Source of the DNA: Nitrosopumilus sp.
Lineage (GTDB): Archaea; Thermoproteota; Nitrososphaeria; Nitrososphaerales; Nitrosopumilaceae
Length of the DNA stretch: 64,000 nucleotides
Direction of reading: 5' to 3'
Assembly: GCA_965224195.1 (NCBI GenBank)
Contig: OZ245040.1
Span: 64,001-128,000 of the forward strand
The translations under genes were made by a program, and so were the position numbers. The notes under the pieces are model-generated. The model did not search any database. It was not told the origin of the DNA and saw only the letters and a list, made by a program, of their open reading frames with translations. Of this stretch, positions 30,789 through 41,454 are shown in pieces; position 1 is the first letter of the stretch, and the number at the start of each line of letters is the position of its first letter.

Positions 30789-33440
30789 ATGGACAATTCA
30801 CAAATAGAAAATACGATCATTGAGATCCGTAAGCGCAGTGGCGCAGTAGCGGCTTTTAATAAAGATAAAATTTCAAATGCCATATTTCAGGCATTGGCAG
30901 CCACCTCTAAAGCCGATCGTGGCGTTGCCGATAAACTAGCAGAAGATGTAGTTAACAAGTTGGTAGAGCAAGGATTTACAAGCTCTAGAGCACCTACAGT
31001 TGAAGATATTCAAGATATTGTAGAGTCAACTTTAATCGATAGCGGTAATAGCGATATTGCAAAAGCATACATCGTTTACAGACATGAGAGAAGAAAATTA
31101 AGAGATGAGAAAAAGAAGGTCTTAAATCTCAAAGCCCTTGATCCAGTCTCCAAAAAATTCGACTTGAGCTGTCTACGAGTATTAGCATCAAGATATCTAT
31201 TCAGAAATTCAAAAAGTGAGATTATTGAATCACCAACTCAAATGTTTGAACGAGTCGCAATTCTAGTCGGAATCGGTGATATGTTGTATGATTCACAAAT
31301 CTTTGACAAATCTGGAAATAACAAGCAGGATATAGATGAAGCAAAATCTTATCTTGAAAAACTAGATGCTTTTGATTATAAATTCAAAGTTGGAGATTAT
31401 TTCTTTAACAAATGGCATTTTAGATCTTTAATCACTCACTATGTGACCCTTGCAAACAAAGGTCAGATGAAAATAAGTTTCAAAGATCTACTGACATTGC
31501 TAGCAGGCAAAAAACTAGAAAATTATGCAGATAAAATCACTGAATACTTTACAATGATGACTGGCCAAGACTTCCTACCAAATTCGCCAACCATGATGAA
31601 TGCTGGTGGAAGACTAGGACAACTCTCAGCATGCTTTGTACTTGGTATGGATGATGACATGGAAGAAATCATGAAATCTACTTCTGATGCAGCATTAATT
31701 TTCAAGTCTGGTGGTGGAGTTGGAATCAACTACTCAAATCTTCGTGAAGAGGGTGACATTGTAGCATCAACATCTGGTGTTGCATCTGGTCCAGTATCTT
31801 TCATGAATATTATCAACACTGTCACTGAAGTTGTAAAACAAGGTGGTAAAAGACGTGGAGCAAACATGGGAATCATTGAAGCATGGCATCCTGATGTTGA
31901 AAAATTCATCACAAACAAAACAGAAGCTGGAGTTTTAGAAAATTTTAATGTAAGTGTTGGAATTTGGGAAGACTTTTGGCACGCACTTGTTAATACTACT
32001 GATGGTAACTATGTCTTACGTAGTCCGCGTGACAGAAAATCTGTAAAAGAAATCAATGCACATCAACTAATTGATCTAATTGCATTATCTGCATGGAAGA
32101 GCGCAGAACCTGGTTTGATCTTCTTTGATCAAATTAACAAATACAATGTATTTGCTAAAGCAAGACAAGCACCACTTAGAGCTACAAATCCGTGTGGCGA
32201 ACAAAGTCTTTATCCATACGAATCATGTAACTTGGGTTCTATCAATTTGGTAAATCTTGCACAAAGACAAGCTGATGGTTCCTATGAATTTGATTGGCAA
32301 GGATATGAAGAAATCATCAGAAAGACAACAAGATTCTTGGATAACATTATTGATGTAAATAATTATCCTGTTCCAGAAATTAGTACAGCCTCAAAAGAGT
32401 CTAGAAGAATTGGACTTGGAGTTATGGGTGTAGCTGATTTGTTGTACAAACTGAAAATTTCATACAATTCTCAAGAAGGATATGAACTACAATCAAAACT
32501 CTCTGAAGCCCTAACATACTATTCTATGGAAGAAAGTGTTTCACTAGCAAGATCTCGTGGTGAATTCCCACTTTGTGCAAAGACAGAGTATCCTGAAGGA
32601 AAGATTCCAATATCTGGATACTATGAGAAATCAAAAGAATCTCATTCATACGAATGGGAACCACTTATTGCAGAAATTAAAAAATATGGTATTAGAAATG
32701 TCTTAACGACCACAGTAGCGCCAACTGGAACATTATCTATGATTGCAGACTGTTCAAATGGAATGGAACCTGCATTTGCTTTAGTGTTTGAAAAGAGAGT
32801 CACTGTTGGAAGATTCTTCTATACAAACAAGATTTTTGAAGAAGCTCTCAAAGAAGAAGGTCTCTATACAGATGAAATTCTTGAAAAGATTGCAGACAAC
32901 TATGGTTCATTGAAAGGATTGGATGAAATCCCACAATGGATGCAAGATGTCTTTGTTACAGCAATGGATATCCATTGGGCTGATCATTTAATGGCTCAAG
33001 GTGTATGGCAAGATTGGATTGGAAATGCAATTGCAAAAACGATCAACATGCCATATGATGTAACAGTAGAAGATGTAAAATCTGCATATCTACTTGCACA
33101 CGAAATTGGTCTAAAAGGAATGACTGTTTATCGTGATGGTTCAAGACACAAACAAGTTCTTCACATGACAAGTGAGAATGCAACAAAAACATTTGAGGTA
33201 ACACCAAGTGAGTTCATGACAGCATTTGTTACTAAAAATATCACAAACTCATACATCAAATCCCAAGTCAATGCTTCATTGGCATTAAAAATACATGATG
33301 AGGAAATTACACTAGAGGCTCCAAAAGTAGAAGAAGTTTCTGAAGACAAATTATGTCCTACATGTAAAAACAACTTGGTATTTGTAGAAGGTTGTAGTAT
33401 CTGCATTGAATGTGGGTACAGTGGTTGTACTTCTGGATAA
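30789..33440 (+). CDS. nrdJ: Class II adenosylcobalamin-dependent ribonucleotide reductase
   Basis: ATP cone, PNSPTMMNAG, LSACFV, TNPCGEQ, APTGT, KGMTVYRDGSR and C-terminal zinc ribbon. Confidence 0.95.
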   Translation: MDNSQIENTIIEIRKRSGAVAAFNKDKISNAIFQALAATSKADRGVADKLAEDVVNKLVEQGFTSSRAPTVEDIQDIVESTLIDSGNSDIAKAYIVYRHERRKLRDEKKKVLNLKALDPVSKKFDLSCLRVLASRYLFRNSKSEIIESPTQMFERVAILVGIGDMLYDSQIFDKSGNNKQDIDEAKSYLEKLDAFDYKFKVGDYFFNKWHFRSLITHYVTLANKGQMKISFKDLLTLLAGKKLENYADKITEYFTMMTGQDFLPNSPTMMNAGGRLGQLSACFVLGMDDDMEEIMKSTSDAALIFKSGGGVGINYSNLREEGDIVASTSGVASGPVSFMNIINTVTEVVKQGGKRRGANMGIIEAWHPDVEKFITNKTEAGVLENFNVSVGIWEDFWHALVNTTDGNYVLRSPRDRKSVKEINAHQLIDLIALSAWKSAEPGLIFFDQINKYNVFAKARQAPLRATNPCGEQSLYPYESCNLGSINLVNLAQRQADGSYEFDWQGYEEIIRKTTRFLDNIIDVNNYPVPEISTASKESRRIGLGVMGVADLLYKLKISYNSQEGYELQSKLSEALTYYSMEESVSLARSRGEFPLCAKTEYPEGKIPISGYYEKSKESHSYEWEPLIAEIKKYGIRNVLTTTVAPTGTLSMIADCSNGMEPAFALVFEKRVTVGRFFYTNKIFEEALKEEGLYTDEILEKIADNYGSLKGLDEIPQWMQDVFVTAMDIHWADHLMAQGVWQDWIGNAIAKTINMPYDVTVEDVKSAYLLAHEIGLKGMTVYRDGSRHKQVLHMTSENATKTFEVTPSEFMTAFVTKNITNSYIKSQVNASLALKIHDEEITLEAPKVEEVSEDKLCPTCKNNLVFVEGCSICIECGYSGCTSG

Positions 33441-33484
33441 AACAGAATAACAACTTTTTTACTTTCTTTTATTTTTGAATCTGT

Positions 33485-34606
33485 ATGAATAACAAATCCC
33501 TAGGCGTAATTGTAGGCATAGGCGTAGTAATTGCTGTAATAGCTGTAACTATGAGTATCACAAATTCTGATATCATTTCTACTCCGGAAATAAATCAAAA
33601 AATCGGTCTTGTAATTAATTCTCCAAATCAATCAACAACATTACAGGAACTAAATGATGTTTATTCAGAAGCAGCTGATTCTGGAATCGGAAGAAGCAAT
33701 GTCTATCTCTTTTGGAATCTAGTTGAACCAGTACGTGGAGAATATGATTGGGGACAATCTGATATTTTGATGGGGTTAAATGAAAAAAATGATCTTAAAG
33801 TCACACTTTTCTTTTCAGTAATTAATGGAGATTCTCTAGGACCATTTCCAGATTGGATTGGAAAACCATCCATTAATTCAATTGGTGAAGATCGACTTGT
33901 TAGTGTTCTTGATGCAGTTCTTTCAAGGTACCATATAGTAGATTCAGTAATTATTTCGGGTGAAACAGAATCACAATTCCGTTATTCTGAACAAAATATC
34001 CCTGTTTACAAAGAAATGTTTTCTAGAGTTTATGATAAATTAAAAGATAAGCATCCTGATGTAAAGTTTGGAAATTCATTTGCATTACATCAAGTATTGA
34101 ATAAAGATTTAGGTGATATTGTAAATGAGTTGGCAATTGGAGATTTTGTAGCATTTTCATACTTTCCAGTAGATAATCTAAATGAAATTACAAAAACTCC
34201 TCATGATGCTTTAGAAGATTTGAAGAAAGCATTTGATATTGTACCTGATAAAAAAATTGCAATTTTTGAGATTAGCTGGAGTTCTTCTAATTTTGTAGGT
34301 GGTAATTCCACTTCACAACAATCCTTTTTAGAAAAAATATTTGATTTCTACTCACAAAATGAATCTGAAATTGAATTTTTAACTTGGTATAGGTATTCAG
34401 ACAAGTCTGAAGGTACTTGTGTTCAAGAACAACAAGAAATTGGTAATCAAAGTATTAGCGTTGGAGGTGGCTCTGGTATGGGTAGTAGTGAATTTACTAT
34501 TGAAAGATTAAATCACTACATTTGTAATGCTGGATTGATCGAAATTGATGGTAATCCAAAACCAAGTTGGAATGAATTTAAGAAGCAAATTGAAATGATA
34601 AACTAG
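33485..34606 (+). CDS. Membrane-anchored glycoside-hydrolase-like TIM-barrel protein
   Basis: N-terminal TM; WNLVEPVRGEYDW, FSYFP and IFEISWSS. Confidence 0.6.
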   Translation: MNNKSLGVIVGIGVVIAVIAVTMSITNSDIISTPEINQKIGLVINSPNQSTTLQELNDVYSEAADSGIGRSNVYLFWNLVEPVRGEYDWGQSDILMGLNEKNDLKVTLFFSVINGDSLGPFPDWIGKPSINSIGEDRLVSVLDAVLSRYHIVDSVIISGETESQFRYSEQNIPVYKEMFSRVYDKLKDKHPDVKFGNSFALHQVLNKDLGDIVNELAIGDFVAFSYFPVDNLNEITKTPHDALEDLKKAFDIVPDKKIAIFEISWSSSNFVGGNSTSQQSFLEKIFDFYSQNESEIEFLTWYRYSDKSEGTCVQEQQEIGNQSISVGGGSGMGSSEFTIERLNHYICNAGLIEIDGNPKPSWNEFKKQIEMIN

Positions 34607-34607
34607 A

Positions 34608-35276
34608 ATGATTTCTTTAATTTTAGCTGAATCCTCCTTAGAACTCATTCCTTCTGAATTAAAACATCATCCATCAGTTATTTCTCATGCAAGAAAACTT
34701 GATAAACATTCATCAGAAATCTTACTAGATAATTCGTGGCATTTTGCAGCTATGAAAGGAATTGAAAATGAAATGAAAAGAGGCAGACCTGATCTTGTAC
34801 ATTTTTCTATACTTGAAGCTACAACTATTCCACTATACCTTCAAAATAAAATAAAACTCTATGTTCACACTTTAGATGATAAAGTAATTTCTTTTGGAAA
34901 AAATATACACATCCCAAAATCATATCATAGATTTGCAGGAGTTATAGAAAAATTATATCAAGAAAAAGAAATTACAACAAAAGATGATGTTTTATTAGAA
35001 ATTGAAGAAAAAACATTTTCTGAATTACTTGATGAAATAAATCCTTCAAAAGTACTTGGTTTTTCTACAAAGGGTGCTAATAGTACATATGAAAAAATTG
35101 CAAAAGATATGCCAGACGATGCTTGCATTGTGATTGGAGGATTTCAAAAAGGACATTTCTCTAATTCAATTGAAAATAAAATAACAGATCTTTATTCTGT
35201 TGGAGATGAATCATTTGAAGGACATGTTATAGTTGCCAGAATGCTCTATGAGTATGAAAAAACCATTTTTATGTAG
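34608..35276 (+). CDS. nep1: Nep1/EMG1 rRNA pseudouridine methyltransferase (SPOUT)
   Basis: LAESSLE, RGRPDLVH, IPKSYHRF and IGGFQKGHF. Confidence 0.88.
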   Translation: MISLILAESSLELIPSELKHHPSVISHARKLDKHSSEILLDNSWHFAAMKGIENEMKRGRPDLVHFSILEATTIPLYLQNKIKLYVHTLDDKVISFGKNIHIPKSYHRFAGVIEKLYQEKEITTKDDVLLEIEEKTFSELLDEINPSKVLGFSTKGANSTYEKIAKDMPDDACIVIGGFQKGHFSNSIENKITDLYSVGDESFEGHVIVARMLYEYEKTIFM

Positions 35277-35298
35277 GAAATTAAATTTTCATTTTATT

Positions 35299-35372
35299 GC
35301 AGTCATAGTATAGCCTGGTTAGTATTCGGGGTTTCCAACCCTGTGACGCGGGTTCGAATCCCGCTGACTGCA
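35299..35372 (+). tRNA. tRNA-Gly(TCC)
   Basis: Acceptor GCAGTCA/TGACTGC, anticodon arm CGGGG-TTTCCAA-CCCTG, GCGGG-TTCGAAT-CCCGC T arm. Confidence 0.93.
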
Positions 35373-35423
35373 TTTTTCAATACTTATGAGAACCAATTTT
35401 TAGGTGCATTATTAGATAATATT

Positions 35424-35726
35424 GTGAAGCCTGGAGCAAAAAAAATTGCAATGGAGAGAATGCAAATTCTCATTGAAAATGCAATTACTAATGCAAAAAA
35501 AGATCCTGAACTTTCTCAGAGACAAGCTTCCATTGCAAGAAGAATTAGTACCAGACATAAAATTAGAATGCCATACTATCTTAGAATGGTATTTTGTAAA
35601 AAATGCAAATCCTTTATTGCGCCTGGAGTGAATTCTAGATTTCGATTAGGTAGAGCATCTGTCAAGTCGATCAGAATTTCTTGTTACTTGTGTGGGCATA
35701 CTTATCGTAAGATAATACCTCAATAG
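35424..35726 (+). CDS. rnp4: RNase P protein component 4 (Rpp21)
   Basis: IAMERMQIL, FCKKCKSFIAPG and CYLCG; start placed at GTG 35424 because the track ORF extends into the tRNA. Confidence 0.88.
   Translation: MKPGAKKIAMERMQILIENAITNAKKDPELSQRQASIARRISTRHKIRMPYYLRMVFCKKCKSFIAPGVNSRFRLGRASVKSIRISCYLCGHTYRKIIPQ
35714..35724 (+). repeat. Putative attL core AATACCTCAAT
   Basis: Last codons of rnp4; identical to 45652-45662. Confidence 0.7.
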
Positions 35727-35880
35727 TATTCACAAATCTGCTATTAACACAGACTTCTATACCTTAGTCAGATTTGGCAAGATAACTCTCAAGCATCTCT
35801 CAGAAGGAAAACATTCACAGAAGAGCACAGTGGATTGATAGGTTCTGTGTAATCTTCGGGACTTGAGAAGTTCTAAGGGT

Positions 35881-36339
35881 TCATTCCGTAGTCTTGTTTA
35901 GTGAGGCGTTTTGAATGATAGTTTTCCATTTATTCTTACCATCTATTTCTATTAATGCTTCCTGAGCTGGTGTCTTTCCCTTTAATGCACCATGTTTCTT
36001 TGCGAAATTATAGTACACTCTCATTCCATCTAACACTGGAGTTTCCATCTTCTTTAATCCACGAAATACTTTCTCACGATCTCTTATCTCACCGTTCAGG
36101 CGTTCCATACGGTTATTGTTTTTGTGGATTCCACGAATACCAACATCTGACAAATGATAGGTGTCTTTACCAAATACTTTCTTACAGGCTTTTTTGTATG
36201 CAGGTAGTCCATCAGTTATGAATTTGCGTGGGCTTTTTCCTGCTTGTTTTTTAGTCATTTCTAAGAGGTCGTTAGCGTTATGTTTGAATTTGGTATTTGC
36301 CACATCAGAAGCTAGCCAAAATCTTGTATCACCATCCAA
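35881..36339 (-). pseudogene. IS6-family DDE transposase, C-terminal fragment
   Basis: DTRFWLA, ITDGLPAY, NNRMERLNG and HGALKGKTPA. Confidence 0.85.
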
Positions 36340-36589
36340 CGAGAAAAAAAATCTATAGAGAAATTGCAGGACAAGCTTTTTGGAAAGAACTTACAGGAGA
36401 TTCAGATTTTTATCTAAAATTAATTACAATGATGAAAGAGATTCCAAAAAACACATGGAAAAATATCAACCAAAATTTGATGCTGTTCTCAATAGGCTTA
36501 CAAAGGAGTTTCTAACTGATTTTTGTTTTGCAGATGGTAGAATAGATTGGGAAAAACTAGTTAGATTTGTAAGCAGTAAAAAGTCATAA
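36340..36589 (+). pseudogene. Type II restriction endonuclease (PmeII-like) C-terminal fragment
   Basis: GQAFWKELTGDSDFYLKLI ... NRLTKEFLTDFCFADGRIDWEKLVRFVS; frameshift near 36450; stop overlaps the right TIR. Confidence 0.6.
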
Positions 36590-37760
36590 CTTCTCAAGTC
36601 CCGAAGATTACACAGAACCGATTGATAGATTCTTAAAAAATCAGGAAGAAAAACTATCATCTAAGAATCTTCAGTTGTTGTTTGACTATAATGACGATAT
36701 GATTATTCACAGCATGGCAGAGAACACTAGATACAAGAATCTAACTCATTTTGGATTACTATCTAAAATGTTACAAAAAGACTGGATTGATGTAACTGAG
36801 AAAGACATCAGAGGTCTAGTGTCTCATATTATGATAAAGCATGGAGAAAACGGCAAAGAGACAGGATATACATTTGGATTAAAAATATCTATCAAATCTA
36901 TTGTAAGATCTGTAAAATTGGGTTCAAGAAGCAAAACCAGAAGATAGTGAATTACCAATGATAAATTCATCAATCCAGAAAAACCAAAGGACAAGCTTAC
37001 ACGCGAATATTTACCAACAGATGAAGAATTACAAAAGATTTTATCTACATGTGCTGATTCTCCACGAGATAAAGCAATGATTTCAGTTCATGCCAAAGCT
37101 GGAACTAGAATAGGTGAACTATTGGGTCTTGAAATCAAAGACTTTACTCTTGACAAGTTTGGTGGAACGATCAAAGTAGATGGAAAACAGGTGTTAGACC
37201 AATTAGAATTGTAAAATCAGTTCCATATTTGACAAAGTGGCTAAACGATCATCCAAACAAAGACGATCATAGTAGTCCTCTTTGGGTTTACATCAGTTTG
37301 AGTAGTACATTTGGTCAGCCAATTAACTATGCTGGATTTAACAGCATTTTACGAAAAAGAATCAGACAGGCAGGTATTACAAAGAGAATTTACTCTCATC
37401 TATTTAGACACAAGGAAATTACAGATTTGGCAAACCGATTAACTGAATCTGAGAGTAGAATGAGGCATGGATGGGAAAAGGGCTCACTAATGTCCTCAAG
37501 ATATTCTCACTTAAACCAAGAGGATCTAGATGAAAAGATGCTTGGAATTATGAGTGTAAAGACTCCAAAAGAAGTGAAAGAAGCATTTCAGGAATGTTTC
37601 ACATATATCAGGTTGTCTCATTCACCGTGATCAATAGATCCCAAAATATTTAACATAGAGTTTGACGTATTAGAATTGTCTTGTTTTAGTTTTTGTTAGT
37701 CCGTGAGGCTTACAATTAAAAAAAGACATGCTCTCAGTCTGACGCTACAGCTGAGGGCAA

Positions 37761-37770
37761 CTTTTTATTA
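37761..37770 (+). promoter_or_regulatory. Candidate TATA box of the atypical tRNA
   Basis: TTTTTATTA about 25 nt upstream of 37791. Confidence 0.4.
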
Positions 37771-37790
37771 TTATCTTAATTTGGATAATT

Positions 37791-37874
37791 GTCGATATTG
37801 TCTAGTCTGGTTAAGACGTCGGTCTCTTAAACCGATCATGTAGCGTGACGTGGGTTCGAATCCCGCTATCGACG
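37791..37874 (+). tRNA. Atypical class II (long variable arm) tRNA with CTT (Lys) anticodon and Ser-like body
   Basis: GTCGATA/TATCGAC acceptor, GTCT/AGAC D stem, TCGGT-CTCTTAA-ACCGA anticodon arm, TCATG-TAG-CGTGA variable arm, GTGGG-TTCGAAT-CCCGC T arm, G73. Confidence 0.85.
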
Positions 37875-37957
37875 TAAAACAATTCTTTCTCCATCTATTT
37901 TTGCGATCAAAAAATTTAATCATAAGAGAGAGATATTAAATATTTTTCATATAATTT

Positions 37958-38062
37958 ATGATATGTAAAAAATGTCAAAGAAACATACAGAGATACCCAT
38001 GTCCTAATTATGGTGAAGATGGTAATGAATCAGCTGTAGGTGGCAGAACAGGTGTTAGATAG
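37958..38062 (+). CDS. Putative 34-aa mini zinc-finger peptide
   Basis: MICKKCQRNIQRYPCPNYGEDG...; CxxC plus CPxY (last Cys possibly mutated). Confidence 0.3.
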   Translation: MICKKCQRNIQRYPCPNYGEDGNESAVGGRTGVR

Positions 38063-38115
38063 TTTTAGTTGTTTTTTCTAATAGTTTCACAAGATTAGAA
38101 AAATAAAATTCATCA

Positions 38116-38502
38116 TCATTCCGTTTTTTTTTCAATAAACTCTTGAATTTTTTTACTTGTTTTAATTTGATCAAGTATTGCACCGTGCATTTGGTTTATG
38201 TGTTTTATTTTCACGATGCCTTCTCTCCAATACAACGCAAGATCATCATATTCATTTAGAATATTTTCAATATCAATATCTTTACAATCAGATTCTTTTC
38301 CTTTAATTATTAGATTGTTTGTCTTTCTCAGGTCTTTATCGTCTTTGATAACATCTAACAAGTCTCTACAATATTTTATTGATGAAATTTTGTTTTTTGT
38401 TTTTGTTCGATATGATAAAATCAATACAGTTACAATAAGTGATATGTTTGCAAATATTGCTAAAAGTTCTATCATCTGCACCATGTCAAAATATATTTCC
38501 AT
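38116..38502 (-). CDS. N-terminal TM helical protein (DUF4760-like)
   Basis: TM segment then ILNEYDDLALYWREGIV. Confidence 0.45.
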   Translation of the reverse strand: MEIYFDMVQMIELLAIFANISLIVTVLILSYRTKTKNKISSIKYCRDLLDVIKDDKDLRKTNNLIIKGKESDCKDIDIENILNEYDDLALYWREGIVKIKHINQMHGAILDQIKTSKKIQEFIEKKTE

Positions 38503-38619
38503 ATCTATTAGAGAAGTATAATGCTATTTGATTTAATATCAAGTAAATCCAAAATTATCCAAGTATTCCTTGGTCTCGTAAATCCTTGATAAGGGTGTAG
38601 AATGCACGTGCAAACAAAT

Positions 38620-39300
38620 CTTTTATTTTATCTTTTTTTGCTGGCAACAGCAACATCTGACAGCTTGGCTTCTTCTGCCTCCAGATGTGCAATATGTAAA
38701 ATGTCGACTGCCCTTGGGATGCAGGCATCATATATTTTTGTTCTTCTAGATTCAGACATTTCGCCGGCTATAAGATCATCCGGCACTATGCCGTGAATTT
38801 TTTTTCTATTACCTTTAATTTGTCGGGCACTCTACAGCATTTGTCAGCCTCTCTTGTGTCACTGCTATATACCCTCTCAGTGAGGAGATGTATGTATCCA
38901 GTTCCGAGTCGCTTATGTCTGTCATGCTGATTGATCGTTCAATAACATACCCCACCAATATCCGTTTGCTTTTATGTACATTCTCTGTATGCTGCCGTTG
39001 CCTCGTCCTGCGGGATGTTCTGGCTGCGTATCTGCGCAGTCATTCGCATCAAATATTCAAGTATGATGCTCTGCAGAAATTCCTCAAACGATACTGCCTG
39101 TGTCTGATTTACAGACATTGTGTGAATCGTGTGCGCGTATTCAAGGCGCTGGTAAATCCACAATCCAACATTGATTGTCCTCAGCTTGTAGGTGTGGAAC
39201 GGCTGCAACTGTTGGATGTCCTTGTGATTTTGTAGGGATGTCTCTATTATTTCCATCTTTTTACCGGACGCAGTTACAATGTATTCTTGGTCTATTCCCT
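38620..39300 (-). pseudogene. Degraded higher-GC gene of unknown function
   Basis: GC visibly above the flanks; helical-looking minus-strand frames broken by stops. Confidence 0.3.
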
Positions 39301-39483
39301 GCTGTGTTTTTTGGGATATCTAAGAGAGTGCATGGCGCACAGAATCCAAAAATATATTCTTGGGGTCTTCAGCGTTTGGATCAGATGAAATTATAATTTC
39401 ATAGCTTTCTGGGTGCCAGAACTGGATTTTTTTCATAATTTATAAAGTCATGATTACAATAAAAATTTTTGTTTGTTGGAGTG

Positions 39484-40631
39484 TTAATAACCAGGAAAAG
39501 CAGGAAGAGACCTTGCAGCAGCCAGAATATCGTCTTCAAAACCTTGGCATACAGGAGAACATAATAAATCAATAAGTGAATTTACAGAATTTAAAATATA
39601 ATTCTGACGAAATATAGAATTTTTAACATATTCTATTTTTTGATCATGAGGTATTTCAGAATTAAAAGTGAAATATCCATCACGAGAATCAAAAGAAGAA
39701 GAAGGAAGAGGAACATACAACTCATGATCAATAGAATCATACATATGAGAAAAACCAGAAATCATATCAATACTATTGATTTCTGACCGTACATTTTTGA
39801 ATTTATCAAAAAGTTCAGACAATTCTTGTTTTTTATCCATTTGTTTCATCTTTTCTTTGAATTTTTCTTCATCTATCTTCAATTGTTTTTCATATTGTAT
39901 CTCAGCAGACAGCACCCATTCCTCATATTCAGAAATTATATTTTATAATTTTGTAACTTCGCCTGACGCCGAATCTAATGCAAGACGAAACGTATCAAGT
40001 GAGATATGATTCGAAACCGTATCATGTATGCTGGGTTCTGCATAGTCAAAATGCCAGGCGTACACTTCATAATCTTCAGCCACATCCTCAGCCAGTCCAG
40101 GGTTATTAATTAACTCCAAAGGATCATATGACCCGTAGATCTGCTCCAAAACAATGATATCTGCAAGATCCGCATGTTGTTTTTTAAACTCTAAAAGTTT
40201 TTCATATATTTTTTCTTTTCCTGCACGATGGTAGGATCATTCCATGGATGCATAGCAGATACTGCAGATTGAGATTTTGGTTCATTTGTAATTGCAAATA
40301 AAGTAGCATTGAGAGCATGAATTAGTTTTGCCTGTACTTTGATTTGTTGTAAAATGTCTTGCAATACTTGAATCTGCTCCATGATAATTAATTTTTGACT
40401 TCTAATTTCTTCTAGATACCATGGCTCCTCAACGTCTACGGCCTGATAAATTGAAGTGTAGTTGCTGTAATACGTGTCAAACCATTTTCGATATTTGTTT
40501 TCGTTGTTGTATCTGTCAATATAGTGTTGTGGACCTAAATCAGAATCATAAAAGTCGGGATATGCGTATGCAGGTATGACAGATGAGAATAATATTGCTG
40601 AAAGAAGTATTGAGGATAGCTTGTGATTCAA
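39484..40631 (-). pseudogene. Fragmented secreted protein with thaumarchaeal HYIDRYNNE..Y..WFD motif
   Basis: Signal peptide at 40631; three consecutive minus-strand ORFs (40191-40631, 39943-40149, 39484-39915) look like one broken gene. Confidence 0.45.
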
Positions 40632-41454
40632 TTAATTTTTGAGATGGAATTTGGATTATATAATTTACGATCAAAGACTATAGGTATAAAAAATCAGTTG
40701 ATGAGCCTACTTTTTGATCTTATGAAATAAATTGAAAAAAAGATCAAAAGCAAAGAAGAAATTATTGAAAAAAACTCTAAATAGTTATATTGCGTAGAAA
40801 AATGTGAAGTCTCATGACAATTGATTATACGACAATAACAGTAAAGGAATTGGTTGAAAAAGTCAAAAGCAAAGAAATTAATTCATGTACATACAGCACA
40901 ATGAAAGAGTTTTATGAGGGGTTGAGACAACATGCAATTAATCCTAGTTAATGGATTCTGGCCTGAGTTTTTTTAAATTTGATCCGAATAATGGTGACCG
41001 AGATCTAATTACTACATCTCTTTCAAGCATGCAAAATTTAGCAGCAACTCTTTCACTTTTGGAAGTAAAACACGAGTATTCTTACATTCAATTTCCAATA
41101 AAATACTACAGTTTGTGTTAGATGTCGATTCTGTTGTTGTCATGATTTATGACGGTACTAAAGCAGAATACAAAGAAAACCACTCTCAACATTAATTTCA
41201 TAAATTACTCTTTTAATATAAATTTTATCTTGCCTGCCAAAAAATCATCAGATACTTTGTGATCTAATTATTGTGTTGATTAATAATAAAACTATTTCAC
41301 AAAATATTTATCCTAATATTCCTTGATTTTTTAAATCAGTAATCAAATTTTTGTACGACCTACATAATAAAAAAAGATTTGCAGGGTCAGATGAAGATGG
41401 GTGTACAGTTTGTCTATGATTTGCAAGAGTCCCGAGTATTTTTGATGCTTGTAT

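Larger units (their letters stand above)
35841..36619. mobile_element. IS6-family internally deleted element with passenger gene
   Basis: Perfect 32-bp TIRs (35841-35872, 36588-36619) starting GG; 8-bp target duplication GATTGATA (35833-35840, 36620-36627). Confidence 0.92.
35774..37630 (+). pseudogene. Tyrosine integrase/recombinase, interrupted by IS6 and frameshifted
   Basis: Frame reads through the IS target site (IHRRAQWID|RFLKNQEE); RDKAMI..AGTRIGELL, HLFRH and RHGW...SRYSHL catalytic motifs; stop at 35783, frameshifts near 36940 and 37190. Confidence 0.85.

Noticed and set aside
35299-35372. tRNA-Gly as the integration site of the island
   Set aside because: No duplicated tRNA-Gly end found at the far boundary; rnp4 lies between the tRNA and the integrase, and the direct repeat is in rnp4.
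35343-35423. N-terminal extension of Rpp21
   Set aside because: Overlaps tRNA-Gly; GTG at 35424 is the plausible start.
37791-37874. Atypical tRNA as an att-site remnant or an intron-containing tRNA-Lys
   Set aside because: It is full length, internal to the element and has no partial copy in the window. The extra ~8 nt is too short for an intron and lacks a bulge-helix-bulge.
40814-40951. 45-aa ORF resembling a DUF262 N-terminus
   Set aside because: The resemblance is limited to the first ~20 residues and the diagnostic motifs are absent.
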